64,000 nucleotides of DNA from the human T2T-CHM13v2.0 reference genome, Homo sapiens. The translations under genes and the position numbers were made by a program. The notes below the pieces were generated by a model, which was not told the origin of the DNA, did no database searches, and saw nothing but the letters and a program-made list of their open reading frames with translations. The DNA is taken from the NCBI RefSeq assembly GCF_009914755.1, contig NC_060926.1; one strand, given 5' to 3'. Below are positions 60,860 through 64,000 of the stretch, piece by piece. Every line of letters begins with the position of its first letter. Position 1 is the stretch's first letter.

Positions 60860-62327
60860 GTCTGGGCATGGTGGCTCATGCCTGTAATCCCACCACTTTA
60901 GAGGCTGAGGTGGGAGGATGACTTGAACTCAGCATTCGAGACCAGCCTGGGCAACATAGGGAGACCTGTCTCTACAAAAAAAATTAAAAACTAGCTGGAC
61001 ATGGCGCACACCTGTGGTCCCAGCCACTCGGGAGGTGGAGGTGGGAGGATGGCCTGAGCCTAGGAGGTTGAAGCTGCGGTGAGCCACTGCACTCCAGCCT
61101 GGACAACAGAGCGAGACCCTGTCGGAGAGCTTCAAGATGACTGGCTTGAGGCATCTGACATTTACCTCCTCCACAGAAGAACCAAAATAGCGAGTAGAAA
61201 ATTGTACTTGGAACACGTCATCTAAGAGGAACACTGGAATTCCACAGAGAAGTGACAAGGAAACATCTAAGGTGAGGAAGGAGAGGGAGGTGAGGCAGCC
61301 TGCTCGGCCCTGAGACTAACACGGGGGCTGCCCGGAGATGGAGAGGGCCGAGGTGTGAGCAGCTGGCAGCAACCTTGCTGACCTCAGCACAGGGGCCACG
61401 GCTCACTTTCTTGCACCCAGAGGACAGGCCCCACCTGCAGCATCACCTAGGCTGAAACATACACTCCCTAACTGCCTCCCTATGCCTGCTGCCACTGAAA
61501 GCAACCCCACCCTCCACAGCAGCAGGTCCACAGCACAGCCACCAGCACCCCCACCCGAGTACTCTGCAGGGGGCTAGGGGATTGCCCTGCCCCATCCACC
61601 ACCATTGGCGAGAGCCCACAAGCCTGCTGCTACCACCACAGCTGGCAACCTCCTGCACGCGCCAACTGGTGGTCTGGAGACTGGCCCACCCAGCCTGTTG
61701 TAGCCACTGCCAACACCCGTGTGGACCACTCTGGAGACAAAGGGTTGTCTCGTCACTGCTACTGCCATTGCCCACAACATGACCAGTGCCCAGGGGTTCA
61801 AGAACCTGCCCATCCACCTGGCCAACCGCAGCCACTGCATGCACCCAAGCAAGCCACCTGGAGACCCAAGAACTGGCCCACCTGAACCCGTAACACCGGT
61901 GCCACTGTATACTGCTCTGAGGACCAAGGACAGGCACCCTTGGCCTGCCACTGCTTCCGCTGAGGCTGGGGACTGGCCTGCCCAGTGTCCCCATCCCCCG
62001 CAAAGCCTCACCACAGCCTCCAACAACTGTACCCTAAGCCACCAAGGAAAACACAGACACCACTGACGCTGTTTGCAGCTGAAGAAATATGGAGACTATA
62101 CTGTTGCACGCACCCAGGATCAAAGCCAAAGTGTCCTACCCATCCAACACCATAGACACGTCTCCAGGAAAAAGTCCTCCCCTACGGAAGCAATCCAGAA
62201 AACAGGAAGAAGCCTCCATTACCCCAGATGCACAGATGTCAATGTAAGGACACAAGAAACGTGAAAAAGCAAGGCTCTGACACCTCCAAAGGAACACAAT
62301 AACTCTCCAGCAGCAGAGTCCAATGTC
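60860..62327 (+). mobile_element. Tail-less AluJ-like element fused to an L1M/L1MA-type 5'UTR plus ORF1-start fragment (61125-62323)
   Basis: Alu ends at gagaccctgtc, then gagagcttcaagatg (L1 5' end); kinked GC-rich UTR; ...cacctccaaaggaacacaataactctcc. Confidence 0.75.
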
Positions 62328-62406
62328 ATTTAAAATTTGATCTGCTCTTCATATATGAATAGGTCACATACAAATACCTGAAAATGATAGTACCTTTTTT
62401 TGTTCC

Positions 62407-62700
<294 letters not shown>

Positions 62701-63446
62701 TTATAGTGAGTTAATATTTTCTTAATATTTTATGAGTAGCACTTTTCATAACTTCTGTAAAAGCAAAATTATACTGGGCAGTCTGATCACCGTTTAACTC
62801 TAATAGTCATGATGTGTATTGTAACTACCCCTGAAAAACTAGCCTGATGAGCATGAGAAAGATACATGAGTGACCTTTTAAGCTTGTGGTAGAATTTCAC
62901 TGACTAGGCCTAAATGGTGAATGTTGCTGTTCATGAATCCTGTTTTCATATGTAGAACTGTCATTTTGATATTGATAATATTGGCCATTAACATAGATTC
63001 AGTGCTTCCATACCTTGGCTCACAAATGATCTATATTTTGAATAACTTGGTTAAGTTTTGAGTAATGTTAGTTATGTTGTTGATTATCAATGTTAGGGAT
63101 TAAGATGAATATATGGATATATTTTTTCTTTTGTGCATGGGAAAGGAATTTTTAAAATTTGGGAACATATGGTAACAACAAAATAATTTTTGAAGATTGA
63201 ACCCACACTTTGAAACAAGAGCTAACTTTGTCTCTTTGACTGGAGGGCCTTTAAGAGAGGTATTGATATACCCCCATCTCTTTGTAATATATTAAATAAA
63301 TATAATGGTAAGCCTGCTATTTGTAAATACCATATTATTTACCCTCCCGGCATAAGAGCCATCCATATGTGGATGCTTAGAATAGACTGAAAATGTTTAC
63401 TACTCAGACTTGCAACTCAGTGCTTAAACAAGTGCCTCTCTTGTAG

Positions 63447-63539
<93 letters not shown>

Positions 63540-63609
63540 TAGTTCCTAATTGTTATGTGATTTCATAGCCCAAGAGCAATGGCAGATGCATTTAAGGATG
63601 TTAATTTAG

Positions 63610-63786
<177 letters not shown>

Positions 63787-64000
63787 TAATGGTTAATATA
63801 CTAGAAATTATAGAACCTTTTGGACTTTGAAAATTCTTCAGACTGATATAACATTTTTCATAGTTATGATTTTTTAAAATTATCATTTTTCTTTTTTTTT
63901 GAGACAGAGTCTTACTCTGAAAATTTCATTTTTCAATGAAAAATCCATAATTCTTATCTTTGTTTCTCTGTATGTGATGTTTCTTTTTTCTTGGGTACTT

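Noticed and set aside
61443-62066. ORFs of 115-186 aa in the GC-rich intronic block
   Set aside because: They lie within an L1M 5'UTR fragment

Overview
This is human (or very closely related great-ape) genomic DNA, recognisable as the 2p23.3 TP53I3-PFN4-FAM228B locus. The left end holds the promoter, 5' region and first coding exon of TP53I3/PIG3 on the minus strand. This includes the p53-responsive (TGYCC)n microsatellite, here 17 units, and an upstream p53 element. About 30 kb of repeat-dense DNA follows: a near full-length L1PA6-like element with TSDs, an older L1PA15/16-like element, MER21/MER31/LTR47 LTRs with an ERVL integrase remnant, DNA-transposon fossils and many Alus. The complete PFN4 CDS (4 coding exons, 129 aa, minus strand) lies head-to-head across a CpG island with FAM228B (plus strand, 6 coding exons in the window, continuing past the right end). 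I found no new multi-gene system. The strongest unexplained or under-explained signals are a near-perfect 41-bp-arm L2-derived hairpin (29811-29902), an 89-nt candidate exon spanning the 5' junction of an L1 that lacks its YY1 site, an Alu plus L1-5'UTR unit inside one target-site duplication, and an Alu-coincident deletion in L1 ORF2. Repeat subfamily names come from recognising consensus motifs by eye and need RepeatMasker/Dfam confirmation.
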